From an uncultured Candidatus Saccharibacteria bacterium (lineage in GTDB: Bacteria; Patescibacteriota; Saccharimonadia; Saccharimonadales; JBBQAJ01), in assembly GCA_964593805.1 (NCBI GenBank), contig CAZQHP010000001.1, positions 64,091 through 128,090 of the forward strand: DNA of 64,000 nucleotides. The letters are read 5' to 3'. The translations under genes were made by a program, and so were the position numbers. Position 1 is the stretch's first letter. The number at the start of each line of letters is the position of its first letter. The notes beneath the pieces were generated by a model that worked only from the letters and a program-made list of their open reading frames with translations, had not been told where the DNA came from and did not search any database. Positions 32,589 to 41,976 of this stretch are shown one piece after another.

Positions 32589-33340
32589 CAATTCACATTT
32601 CTCCCATCTGTTACAAGACAGTCTTGTATAAGATAGCAAAAATGTGATATTTTCTATGTATGCCATCTCGTAACGCAATTAAATCCGATGTCCCTGAGTC
32701 TTATTACCATGCCTATGCCCGAGGCATCAATAAGCAAACAATTTTCCCCGAAGATGCTGATTTTGAGTATTTCCTAAGACTATTAGCTCGATACTTATCA
32801 ACTAAACAAGCCGAAAACAAGCTTGGCCGCGTTTACCCCACATTTACGAGCCGGATTGAGCTGATTACGTACTGTCTAATGAGCAATCACTTCCATTTAC
32901 TTATTTATCAAGTCGACGAAGGAAGTATGGCCAGTTTCATGAAAAGTCTTTTAACAAGCTACAGTAAATACTTCAACCTTAAGTACAAACGGAGCGGTCC
33001 ACTTTTTGAAAGTCGATATAAAGCCGTGAGAATCGAAGCCCAATCATACCTCGAGCACATCAGTCGATACATTCATCTAAACCCGCGTTACTGGAAGAAC
33101 TATCCGTATTCAAGCTTAGGTTATTATTTCAAAGCTAATGCGGTCGAATGGCTGCGGCCAGGGAAAATAGAGTCATTATTCAATGGCCGCACACAATATT
33201 TGTCATTTCTCGATGACTATGAAGAGCACAAACAGATGTTAAAAGAAATAAAACACGAACTAGCAGACCGTTAACGATAATTCACAAAAACCCTCTCATA
33301 TACAAGACTGTCTTGTAACAGATGGGGGGAATGTGAATTG
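32589..33340. mobile_element. RAYT/IS200-type unit: Y1 transposase gene bracketed by 42-bp REP-like inverted repeats
   Basis: The left arm at 32589-32630 (CAATTCACATTTCTCCCATCTGTTACAAGACAGTCTTGTATA) matches the reverse complement of 33299-33340 at 40 of 42 positions. Each arm carries the internal hairpin TACAAGAC-A-GTCTTGTA. Confidence 0.8.
32660..33274 (+). CDS. IS200/IS605-like Y1 (HUH) transposase, REP-associated tyrosine transposase type
   Basis: The HUH region is CLMSNHFHLLI. The C-terminal helix carries the catalytic Tyr region (GPLFESRYKAVRIE...YLEHISRYIHLNP). Single-ORF unit. Confidence 0.82.
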   Translation: MPSRNAIKSDVPESYYHAYARGINKQTIFPEDADFEYFLRLLARYLSTKQAENKLGRVYPTFTSRIELITYCLMSNHFHLLIYQVDEGSMASFMKSLLTSYSKYFNLKYKRSGPLFESRYKAVRIEAQSYLEHISRYIHLNPRYWKNYPYSSLGYYFKANAVEWLRPGKIESLFNGRTQYLSFLDDYEEHKQMLKEIKHELADR

Positions 33341-36121
33341 TTATTTGGGATGATGGATTACTTTGACTATTACTGCTGCTGTTGCTACGGATAATAGGAC
33401 GTAGAGTGCTTTAAGCCAAGGATTGTCATGTGTTTTGTAGACGTTGGATGTGGTTGTGGGGATTGTTTGTTCGGTTGTTTCTGGAGTAGGGTTTGTGCTT
33501 AATCCTTGGACCTGAGGGGTGGCTGATAAATTGTTCGGATTAGTGGGGCTGCTGGCAGGTTGCAGTTCGGTGTTCGCGGCCGCCACTGCTCCTTGGGTTT
33601 GGGTTGGTTCGGTGACTTCTTGGTTTGGGCCGGCTTCGGTTTCTGGGTTGTTGGCTGGGGGTTTGGGGTCTCCGACAGACGGGTCGATTTCAATAGAAGG
33701 CGTAGGGATTGGTTCGATGACTAGTGGCGGCTGGTCAATTAACGGGTCGCAGGCGTCGTCAGTGCTGTCTTTGTCTGTGTCTTCCGCGCTCGTAGGGACC
33801 ACAACGCAAGCGCCCGGATTGTCTCCGGAAACGTAGACTGTTTCGTATATGTCTACATCTTCATCGCTGGTGTTTTTGCCATACAGGTGAAGCGTGTGGA
33901 AGCCGGTGGGCACAGAACCGGCAAGGGTTATTTGTATGGTGACATTGCCCGATGCATCCGTGTTGAAAGTGCCTAGATCTACTGGGTCGGAATTGAGCCA
34001 ACCGCGAACGGTGCTAGAGGCTTTGATGAGCGAGGCCAGGCCGCTATATTCGGTCACCCAGGTTTTGCCAAGTTCTATCGCGCCGCCGTTTGTGCCAGTC
34101 GTGTTTTTGATAATCCGCATGGTGCGGTTGGTTTTTGGCACGCTCAGGATTGGCAAGCTGTCTGGCGGGTCAGCCGGTGTCAGGCTGGAGTTTGGCGTTG
34201 GCATAGCTAGGGTGAAGTTGGCGGTTTGTTCCAGGATTTTTGCCTTGAGTAGTGATTGGCCCAAGGCGTTCGGGTGGTAGCTTTCGTTGCCAATCGGACC
34301 GTGTACAAAAGGTATGTTGGCTATGTCATTGCCGGTAGTTAGGCCGTTGATCGCCACATTCCAGCTGTCAGTTTCGCAAAGCTTATGGCCGGCCAGTGCG
34401 TCTTCCGTGTCTACGTAAGCCACCCCAACGTTGGAGGCTGCAGTTTTGACCACGGAGTTCAGATAGCTCACCAACTGGTTGGCAAAGATGAGTTCAGTAC
34501 GGTTCAGATGCACATTGTTGGCGCAATTACCGTCTGGGTAGGCAATCTGCGGGTAGCCAACCACGTAGATTTTGGCTCGCGGGTCGCCAGCGTTTTTGAT
34601 TTGGGTGTACAGGTCTGTCAGCCGAGGAAATTGTCTGTTTATTTCGTCCACAATCTCCAGACGGTCTTCGTAGGAGCTGTAGCAAGTGTCTGTATAAAGG
34701 CAGCGCTTGATTTTGTCGGCGAAGCCGATGTCGTTGCCAACAGCGGAGAGGGTTATGATGCTGGGCTGGTACTCTTCTAGGAATCTTTTTTGTCCCCTAT
34801 ATCCGGGCAGAAAGCCAGCTAAGATTTCATCATCAAATGACTTATCTTCTTTGTTTTTTGCTTGCGAGAATTTTTGATTATAAAGTTCACTAAGGTCAGT
34901 TATGTCCTGAATTTTTGCGCCCGAACATGCCATAGATTCGTACTGGCCAAACCCCAGTTCACTAGAAATCAAGTAAGGGTAGGAGCGCTGGGAAAGGTGG
35001 CATTTGTTTTCTGTCGTGTCTGTCAGTGCCTTGTATTGGTAGGCTCCCTCGCCACTCGCAAACGAATCTCCTAGAGCCAGGTACTGGAAGCTGGCGGCTT
35101 GCTGTCCGTCAGCGGTCAATGTATAGCGGGAAATTTTGCTGGTGGTGCCAATTTTACTGCCCAGGTACATGTCCAGCGTGTAGTCGCTCCTGAACCGGAC
35201 GCTTGAAACGTTTGTGAAGCCCGTGACTTGCTGCTGGATAAAGGGCAATAGGTCACGGGAACTGCAGGATACTTTAGTGGTAATGATGTTTGGTACCGGC
35301 CCGCAAGTAGAGAGGTCGTACAGCCTCAAAATTCCAAAATTGTTGGAAGCCACTATGGCGTACTTGCCATCCGGGCTTATGGCCGTTCTAAACCCCGGGC
35401 CCAGCCCAATGGAGTAGTTGACGGCAGTGCCAAATGGCAAAACTTCTCGCGTTTTGGTATTTACCCGGACTGTAGCCACAAATGGTATGTCTACGACCAT
35501 CCAGTCGCCGTTGGTAGAGAAACTCATGGATTCATGAGCCGCAGCCAGCAAGCGGCCAGATTTGTCCCTCAATGAAACCGGAGAAGTTGCCGGGAGTTTA
35601 TGCACTACTTTGCCATCGTTTAACGCAGTGCTGTCTAGTGATTTATCCAGATTGTCCCAGAAAAACAGATAGTACCCATAAAACGTGCCGCCGCCCATGG
35701 TCAATCCGGTAGACGAATAAGGAATGGGTACTGGTATGGTTGACCCTCCGTTCGCGGTGAGTATGTTTCCCGCAACGGTGCTGCCCTGCCGTTGCAAATA
35801 ATTGCTGGTAGAAAAAGCGCCGTAGCCGGTGTCTACTACGCAGCTAGTGTGGCTTTGCTTACTTTGAGGGATGGGCAGTAGTCTTTTGGGGCGGGTGATA
35901 ACTTCGCGCTGCTGGCAGCTTTGATTACCGGTGTTGTTTGGGGTAAGCGGTTCATTTGGGCCTAGGTCTTCGAGCCTGTCCAGAATAGGCAGTGCAGAGG
36001 AAAGCCAAGGGGAAACAGCTGTTTCTGCAGTCGCTGATTTATGTGGCGGCAACAAAAGCAATAGAACGGCAAAACATGCAATGAATGTAATACCGACCCA
36101 AAACTCTCTTCCTGTCCGCAT
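33341..36121 (-). CDS. Giant (926 aa) surface protein with a central SGNH/GDSL hydrolase domain, a Pro/Thr-rich stalk and a C-terminal membrane anchor
   Basis: N-terminal signal/anchor; GDSL block I is YLALGDSFASGEGAY; a late block is NESYHPNALG. The C-terminal P/T/E-rich region is followed by the TM WLKALYVLLSVATAAVIVKVI. Confidence 0.75.
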   Translation of the reverse strand: MRTGREFWVGITFIACFAVLLLLLPPHKSATAETAVSPWLSSALPILDRLEDLGPNEPLTPNNTGNQSCQQREVITRPKRLLPIPQSKQSHTSCVVDTGYGAFSTSNYLQRQGSTVAGNILTANGGSTIPVPIPYSSTGLTMGGGTFYGYYLFFWDNLDKSLDSTALNDGKVVHKLPATSPVSLRDKSGRLLAAAHESMSFSTNGDWMVVDIPFVATVRVNTKTREVLPFGTAVNYSIGLGPGFRTAISPDGKYAIVASNNFGILRLYDLSTCGPVPNIITTKVSCSSRDLLPFIQQQVTGFTNVSSVRFRSDYTLDMYLGSKIGTTSKISRYTLTADGQQAASFQYLALGDSFASGEGAYQYKALTDTTENKCHLSQRSYPYLISSELGFGQYESMACSGAKIQDITDLSELYNQKFSQAKNKEDKSFDDEILAGFLPGYRGQKRFLEEYQPSIITLSAVGNDIGFADKIKRCLYTDTCYSSYEDRLEIVDEINRQFPRLTDLYTQIKNAGDPRAKIYVVGYPQIAYPDGNCANNVHLNRTELIFANQLVSYLNSVVKTAASNVGVAYVDTEDALAGHKLCETDSWNVAINGLTTGNDIANIPFVHGPIGNESYHPNALGQSLLKAKILEQTANFTLAMPTPNSSLTPADPPDSLPILSVPKTNRTMRIIKNTTGTNGGAIELGKTWVTEYSGLASLIKASSTVRGWLNSDPVDLGTFNTDASGNVTIQITLAGSVPTGFHTLHLYGKNTSDEDVDIYETVYVSGDNPGACVVVPTSAEDTDKDSTDDACDPLIDQPPLVIEPIPTPSIEIDPSVGDPKPPANNPETEAGPNQEVTEPTQTQGAVAAANTELQPASSPTNPNNLSATPQVQGLSTNPTPETTEQTIPTTTSNVYKTHDNPWLKALYVLLSVATAAVIVKVIHHPK

Positions 36122-36214
36122 GAATCACCTCTGATGAATGTCTAAACATAACTATAGAGTTTTGTGTGCGTAAAAAGCAAGTAAACCCAAGATTATTCAC
36201 AGATATAGCGCAAG

Positions 36215-36916
36215 CTAGTCTTTTAGCGGGTAGAATTCTTTCAAAGCTGGTCCGCCACAGCTTAACTCAATAGATAAGTTCTTTTGTTGCAATTGCGATT
36301 TTAGCAAGAGATCAGGACTAATGTTGTTTGCAAACACCAATCCTATAGAACAGCCAAGAGAAACATCCGTAAACTTTATATCGTATCCATTTCTTTGTAC
36401 TTGGTTTTCGTTTTTGGGTTCCAAAAATGTCTTTTCAGAATCATATGTGACCGAAAGACTCGGAGACGAAAGCAGGAATTTTCGGATTTCCGAATTTAAC
36501 ACATTTGCTTCTTTGACATCAGATACTGCATAAACAGTCCCAACCTGTACGCCACACCCCAGCGGACCCCTACCGAATTCTTGGCTTGAGTAGCCGCAGG
36601 TTTTTTCTTTTTTGGTTTCGTCGGCTTTGCCAATTTTGTCCTGAATTTGTATAGCCAGCGCGTCCAGGCTGGCTTCTGCTTTGTCAAAGTTCTGTTTCTG
36701 ATTGTGTATTTGCAAGGGGCGGACTACTAACGCGTAACCTACAGCTCCCAAAACGCCAGCTCCAACTAAACCATAGAGAGCATACCGGAGGATTTTTTGA
36801 GTTTTTGTCTGGGCCATGGAGTTTATTGTACTAGTGCTTTTGCTTATTTGCCAAAGACTTCGTTTTAAGTCGCGATATTTTGGTTCACTATGTTTTACAT
36901 AAGCTTTATACTTCAT
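36215..36916 (-). CDS. Hypothetical membrane-anchored protein (start uncertain: ATG at 36916 or 36817)
   Basis: The track ORF extends to 37126 through the neighbouring gene, so I trimmed it. MAQTKTQKILRYALYGLVGAGVLGAVGYALVV is a plausible anchor. No family recognised. Confidence 0.55.
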   Translation of the reverse strand: MKYKAYVKHSEPKYRDLKRSLWQISKSTSTINSMAQTKTQKILRYALYGLVGAGVLGAVGYALVVRPLQIHNQKQNFDKAEASLDALAIQIQDKIGKADETKKEKTCGYSSQEFGRGPLGCGVQVGTVYAVSDVKEANVLNSEIRKFLLSSPSLSVTYDSEKTFLEPKNENQVQRNGYDIKFTDVSLGCSIGLVFANNISPDLLLKSQLQQKNLSIELSCGGPALKEFYPLKD

Positions 36917-37991
36917 GCCAGTGGATGAAATTCTAAAAAACAACAAATTGCGAATGGGCCTGGGGATTATTGTAGTTTTTGAAATCCTGGCTGCGGTATT
37001 TTTGGTGTCACGGCTGAGTATAGAGACTTCACCGGAAGCTAAATCCGAGCCAACAAAACCTGATACAAATACCGCGCTGGTTTCGTTCACGACTGTGGGA
37101 GATTTTGGAGCCAACGAAACCACCAAAAGGGTTTTGAAAACGTCAGTAAGTCAAAAACCAGATTTTACGCTTGCTCTAGGTGACTTTGCTTATAACCAAA
37201 CCAAAAGTGAGGCCGAGTGGTGTGGTTTTATCCATACTGCGGTAGGGGATACTTTCCCTTTCATGCTGATTGCGGGGAATCATGACGTAGAAGGCGACGG
37301 CGGGTTTGGCAACGGACATTTTGAAAAGTATGCGGCGTGTTTGCCAAACAGGATGCCGAATATGCGCGGCACATACGGGGAAAAGTATTTTTTTGATCAA
37401 GGAAACACCGCCAGAATTATTGGGATTGCTCCAAACCTGAGCGTGTACGGCGCGCCAGGAAACTATAACAAGGGCGGAGACGCCTATGTATGGCTCAGCA
37501 GCACAATTGATGACGCCCGGGCAAAAAATATCTCATGGCTGGTGGTTGCCATGCACGAAAACTGCATAGCCATGGGCGTAAAAAAGTGCGAAATCGGCGA
37601 AGATTTGCTGAATTTGTTGGTAGAAAAGAAAGTTGACCTAATTTTGCAGGGCCACGAGCATGGCTATATGAGGAGCTCGCAGCTGAGTTTGAACCCGGCC
37701 TGCGCGAGTATTTCTGCAAGCACTCCAAAAGCGGAGTGTGTAGTTATATCAACGGAAAATAGCTACAAAAAAGGCCTAGGGCCTCTGCTCGTCATAAACG
37801 GCACCGGCGGTTTTGATGTGCGGGACATAAATCTTCAGCGGGCAGAGAAAATCTTTTTTGCCAGCTGGCACGGCAAAAACATAGAACCAGCCAACGGGCC
37901 AGTCTCTGTCAAAATTTATAGCGACAGGTTAGAGGCTGAATATTTGGGCGTAGAAGGCAAAGTCCAGGACAGCTTCAAAGTTATCCAATAA
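36915..37991 (+). CDS. Calcineurin-like metallophosphoesterase with an N-terminal membrane anchor
   Basis: Ordered metallophosphoesterase motifs: VGDFGAN, ALGDFAY, AGNHD, AMHEN, QGHEHGY. Confidence 0.8.
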   Translation: MPVDEILKNNKLRMGLGIIVVFEILAAVFLVSRLSIETSPEAKSEPTKPDTNTALVSFTTVGDFGANETTKRVLKTSVSQKPDFTLALGDFAYNQTKSEAEWCGFIHTAVGDTFPFMLIAGNHDVEGDGGFGNGHFEKYAACLPNRMPNMRGTYGEKYFFDQGNTARIIGIAPNLSVYGAPGNYNKGGDAYVWLSSTIDDARAKNISWLVVAMHENCIAMGVKKCEIGEDLLNLLVEKKVDLILQGHEHGYMRSSQLSLNPACASISASTPKAECVVISTENSYKKGLGPLLVINGTGGFDVRDINLQRAEKIFFASWHGKNIEPANGPVSVKIYSDRLEAEYLGVEGKVQDSFKVIQ

Positions 37992-39069
37992 CTTGCTTAT
38001 AGACTTCCAGGGTTTGTTCGGCCATGCGGCGCCATGAATACTTCTTCACCTGCTGCGACCCTTTGGCTTTGAGCTTGGAGCGGAGAGCTTCATCGTTCAA
38101 AACTTCGGAGATTTTGGCTGCCATGTCACCTACATCTAGCGGATCAAAGTAGTGGGCAGCGTCGCCGTAGACTTCCGGCAGACAGGTAGCGTTGCTGCTA
38201 ACTACCGGGCAGCCGTGCGCCATGGCTTCCAGCCCAGGAAGACCAAAGCCCTCGCTAAGCGACGGCATGGCGTAGGCTCTGGCGTGCTCGTAGAGCCAGC
38301 GCAACTGGCCTTCACTCACAAAACCGGTAAAAACCACCCCGGAAATGCCGTTTTTCTTTACCATACGTTCATGGCGTCTGTACAACGCTTCTCTTTTGCC
38401 GACCAGAACCAGTTTGAGGTCGGGGTTGGCCGGCTTTAGCAAGGCAAAAGCTTCTATGAGTCGACGCAGATTTTTATGCTCCATTGGCCGCCCGGTGTAC
38501 ATAATGTAACTGGAATCTTGCAGTTCGGTAATTGGTTCGGGTTTTTCGACAATCTTGTCCGCGCCCAGATGCGTAACGGTTATTTTGCGGCTATTTATAC
38601 GGGCGAATTTGGCTATGTCGTTTTTTACAAATTCAGAATAAGTTAGCAGAGCGGCTGATTTGCGGGCAACAATTTTGTTTACCAAGCGGTAAACTTTCTG
38701 TTTGGTAGTGAATGTAACGCGATTTTTGTCCGGATTGCGGAAGCGCAGGGTAGTGAGGTCGTTCATGGTTGTCACTACCTTGCCACGGTAGCGGATTGGT
38801 TGCTGAACCATAGTGAAGTGGACGAGGTCGGACTGCAGGCTTTTTATCTGTTTTGCCAAACCCAGCTGTTCGCCAAAACCAAATTCTTTGTAGGGGCAGG
38901 CTAATTTGGAAAAGTTGGGGTTGGTGGGCTGCCAGCTGTCCATATCGCTGGGCTTCAAAAGCACTACATATTTGTTCTGATTATCAATCTTTTCCAGGTA
39001 CTTAACTAGCTGGCGAGCGTAGCGGCCGGTGCTGGAATTCCATTCCCGAGAGCAAATAACTATTTTCAT
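37981..39069 (-). CDS. Glycosyltransferase family 4 (GT-B, GT1-type domain)
   Basis: The C-terminal motif is PSLSEGFGLPGLEAMAHGCPVVSSN. I moved the start to the ATG at 39069 (MKIVICS...). Confidence 0.82.
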   Translation of the reverse strand: MKIVICSREWNSSTGRYARQLVKYLEKIDNQNKYVVLLKPSDMDSWQPTNPNFSKLACPYKEFGFGEQLGLAKQIKSLQSDLVHFTMVQQPIRYRGKVVTTMNDLTTLRFRNPDKNRVTFTTKQKVYRLVNKIVARKSAALLTYSEFVKNDIAKFARINSRKITVTHLGADKIVEKPEPITELQDSSYIMYTGRPMEHKNLRRLIEAFALLKPANPDLKLVLVGKREALYRRHERMVKKNGISGVVFTGFVSEGQLRWLYEHARAYAMPSLSEGFGLPGLEAMAHGCPVVSSNATCLPEVYGDAAHYFDPLDVGDMAAKISEVLNDEALRSKLKAKGSQQVKKYSWRRMAEQTLEVYKQVIG

Positions 39070-39156
39070 ATTAGCCGGCAACCTTCTAAACAATTAGTAT
39101 AATAGGTGGGGTTTGTTAAAATAGACCCATCTGAAGCATAAATTAAAGGGAGCATA

Positions 39157-40155
39157 ATGGCAAAAAGCGCACTGATAACTGGCATTACCGGGCAAGATGG
39201 ATCGCATCTGGCTGAACTGCTCCATGAAAAAGGCTATGAAGTGTTTGGCGTGATTCGCGGACAGCAAAACCCGCGCCGCGTTGCTACGGAAAATTTGCTG
39301 CCATTTGTGAAGCTAATCGAGGCGGACGTAACAGATTTGTCGTCTCTTGTCCGCGCCATAGAAGTGGCAAAACCAGACGAAGTTTATAACTTGGGCGCCA
39401 TAAGTCACGTAGGCTACTCGTTCAAAGACCCGATTTTAACTGCCGAAGTCACAGCCAAGGGCGTGGTAAACATGTTGGAGGCTATTCGTCTGAGCGGCGG
39501 GACAAAAACCATACGTTTCTACCAGGCTTCAACTTCTGAAATGTTTGGCGGACTGGAATACAACCGACCAGAAAAAGGCTACAATGAAACATCTTTGTTT
39601 CATCCACGTAGCCCATACGGTGTAGCCAAATTATATGGCCATTGGATAACGATTAATTACCGTGAAAGCTATGACATGTTCGCCTGCAGCGGCATACTGT
39701 TCAACCACGAAGGCCCGCGCCGCGGCCTGGAATTTGTAACGCGCAAAATCAGCAATGCCGTAGCGCGCATCCAGCTAGGCAAACAAAAAGAGATTGTACT
39801 GGGTGACCTAAAGCCCAAGCGCGACTGGGGTTATGCTGGTGATTACGTAGAGGGTATGTGGCGCATGCTTCAGCAAGAGAAGCCAGCTGATTACGTGCTG
39901 GCTACCGGGGAGACCCATTCCATAGAAGAATTTTTGACATTAGCCTTTAAAGAAATTGGCATAGATGACTGGAAGCCGTATGTGCGCCAAGGTCAAGAGT
40001 TCATGCGCCCAGCCGAGGTAGATTTGCTACTTGGCGACCCCACAAAGGCAGAACAAGAACTGGGCTGGAAGCGCCAAGTTGATTTCCCTGGCCTAGTCAA
40101 GATGATGGTAGAACACGACCTAAAGCTAGAAAATTCTTCTCCCGGCAGTAAATAA
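39157..40155 (+). CDS. gmd: GDP-mannose 4,6-dehydratase
   Basis: ALITGITGQDGSHLAELLHEKGYEV, the STSEMFG catalytic region, YGVAKLYGHW (YxxxK) and the RRGLEFVTRKI pattern. Confidence 0.92.
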   Translation: MAKSALITGITGQDGSHLAELLHEKGYEVFGVIRGQQNPRRVATENLLPFVKLIEADVTDLSSLVRAIEVAKPDEVYNLGAISHVGYSFKDPILTAEVTAKGVVNMLEAIRLSGGTKTIRFYQASTSEMFGGLEYNRPEKGYNETSLFHPRSPYGVAKLYGHWITINYRESYDMFACSGILFNHEGPRRGLEFVTRKISNAVARIQLGKQKEIVLGDLKPKRDWGYAGDYVEGMWRMLQQEKPADYVLATGETHSIEEFLTLAFKEIGIDDWKPYVRQGQEFMRPAEVDLLLGDPTKAEQELGWKRQVDFPGLVKMMVEHDLKLENSSPGSK

Positions 40156-41085
40156 CTAGACTCGGCTTCGCCAATCGGCGACAACATCAGCCAGTGTGGT
40201 CTCAAAGGGAATCTCGGGCTTCCAACCAGTGTGGTCGGTAAGTTTTTTTGGGCTGCCATAAATAATAGGATTGTCAGAAGGGCGAACTTTAGAAGAATCC
40301 TGCTTTATCTCTGGCTTGCAGTCTGTGTTTGCTAAAATACCAGCCAACATATCACTACCGCTGTGGGCTACGCCAGAGCAAAGGTTATAAATTTCTCCAG
40401 TTTTGCCCTTTTCAAGTAAAAGGCGATATGCTCTTGCGATATCGCGAACGTCAGTATAGTCACGCTGTGCGTCCAGATTGCCCACTAGTATCTCACTGCT
40501 CAGACCCTTTTCTATTTCAATAACCTGTTTTGTTAAATCCGGCACTATAAAGCCCAGACCCTGTCCCGGTCCGAAGTGATTGAACGGCCGGGCAATTATG
40601 CATTCGAAGTCCCTAGTTTCGTAATATTGAGCCAGTTGTTCCTGGCCCATCTTGCTGACGTCATACGGCGAACTAGGCGAAACAAGAGAATTTTCAGTTA
40701 ACGGCAAATGTGCCGAGGCGTCGTACAAGTTTCCGCTACTGACTACCAAAAATCGCGGCTTAGCCTGCTGAGCCAAAGCTGCTTCGAATAGGTTCACTTC
40801 AATACCCATATTTGTAGTTATATACAACATAGGATCGTCAAAAGACGGTCCGACTGCTGCCAGGCCAGCCAGGTGAATCACGCCGTCAATGTCTTTAAAC
40901 GGAATTTGTCTTGTTTCCTCTGCACTATTCAAATCAAGTTGCAGATATGATGTAACAAATTCAGATTTTTCGATTTTGCCACCTGGTCGGTCTACCACCA
41001 CAACTTCAATATTATTTTTGGCCAGTTCTTTTACCAGATGTTTACCCACAAAACCGTTGCCACCGGTTACCAACACTCGTTTCAT
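40156..41085 (-). CDS. NAD-dependent epimerase/dehydratase (SDR); candidate GDP-4-keto-6-deoxy-D-mannose reductase (Rmd-like)
   Basis: Rossmann motif VLVTGGNGFVGKHL and YxxxK motif YDVSKMGQE. It abuts gmd tail-to-tail. The substrate assignment rests on context only. Confidence 0.6.
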   Translation of the reverse strand: MKRVLVTGGNGFVGKHLVKELAKNNIEVVVVDRPGGKIEKSEFVTSYLQLDLNSAEETRQIPFKDIDGVIHLAGLAAVGPSFDDPMLYITTNMGIEVNLFEAALAQQAKPRFLVVSSGNLYDASAHLPLTENSLVSPSSPYDVSKMGQEQLAQYYETRDFECIIARPFNHFGPGQGLGFIVPDLTKQVIEIEKGLSSEILVGNLDAQRDYTDVRDIARAYRLLLEKGKTGEIYNLCSGVAHSGSDMLAGILANTDCKPEIKQDSSKVRPSDNPIIYGSPKKLTDHTGWKPEIPFETTLADVVADWRSRV

Positions 41086-41163
41086 ATACTTAGGTTACAG
41101 CAGGATTCAGGCTTCACCAAGTCTGATTGCCCCAGGAGTGAAATACAGGTAAAATGAGCTGAA

Positions 41164-41976
41164 GTGCAAAATCTAAAACAACGCTACCGTTACTCGATTA
41201 TTTTGCTGAAACAGCTAGTTAAAACCGATTTCAAAATCAGGTATCAGAATTCAGTGTTGGGCTATCTTTGGACATTGCTAAGGCCGTTATTTGTGTTTGT
41301 GATTTTGTACTTTGTCTTTGTGAAGATACTCAAAACGGGCGGCGATATACCGCATTTTGGCGTCTATCTGCTACTGGGCATAGTGCTTTGGAATTACTTT
41401 GTAGAAGTGACAAACGGCGGTGTCAGCGCAATCGTCAACAAAGGTGAAATTATGCGCAAGGTAAACTTTCCGCGCTACGTAATTGTGCTGGCCGGGTCGT
41501 TTTCCGCGCTTATTAACCTGACGTTTAATCTAGCTGTGGTTGGGTTTTTTATGGTGCTATCCAAAACGGAAATAAGTCCAAGTGTTATATTTTTGCCACT
41601 GATTCTTATTGAGCTTTTCATTTTCTCGTTGTCGCTAAGTTTTTTACTAAGCGCCGTTTACGTGAAGCTTCGAGACGTGGGATTTATCTGGGAAGTTATT
41701 ATCCAAGGGGCGTTTTTTGCAACGCCAATTATGTACGCCTTTTCATTGGTGACTTCAAAAAGTCTGCTAGCTGGCAAGATTTTGATAAGCAGTCCGGTTG
41801 CCCAGATCTTGCAAGACGCACGGTACATGCTGATTTCCAAAAAAACTGACACTATGTACAGCGTGTTCCATACCACGTGGGCTTGGGCAATACCGGTGTC
41901 AATAGTTATTATTACCGCTGTAATATCGGTAGTATATTTTAGAAAACAATCGCCATATTTTGCGGAGAACGTATAG
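41164..41976 (+). CDS. wzm: ABC-2 type polysaccharide/teichoic-acid export permease
   Basis: A six-helix ABC-2 permease pattern (DFKIRYQNSVLGYLWTLLRPLF...), immediately followed by its ATPase. Start codon is GTG. Confidence 0.82.
   Translation: MQNLKQRYRYSIILLKQLVKTDFKIRYQNSVLGYLWTLLRPLFVFVILYFVFVKILKTGGDIPHFGVYLLLGIVLWNYFVEVTNGGVSAIVNKGEIMRKVNFPRYVIVLAGSFSALINLTFNLAVVGFFMVLSKTEISPSVIFLPLILIELFIFSLSLSFLLSAVYVKLRDVGFIWEVIIQGAFFATPIMYAFSLVTSKSLLAGKILISSPVAQILQDARYMLISKKTDTMYSVFHTTWAWAIPVSIVIITAVISVVYFRKQSPYFAENV

Noticed and set aside
36914-37126. 212-nt overlap between the divergent ORFs 36215-37126 (-) and 36915-37991 (+)
   Set aside because: The minus-strand ORF has internal ATGs at 36916 and 36817 that precede a sensible membrane anchor. 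The long upstream extension is antisense to the metallophosphoesterase N-terminus. The shared CATG at 36914-36917 is noted, but the true starts cannot be fixed from sequence alone.
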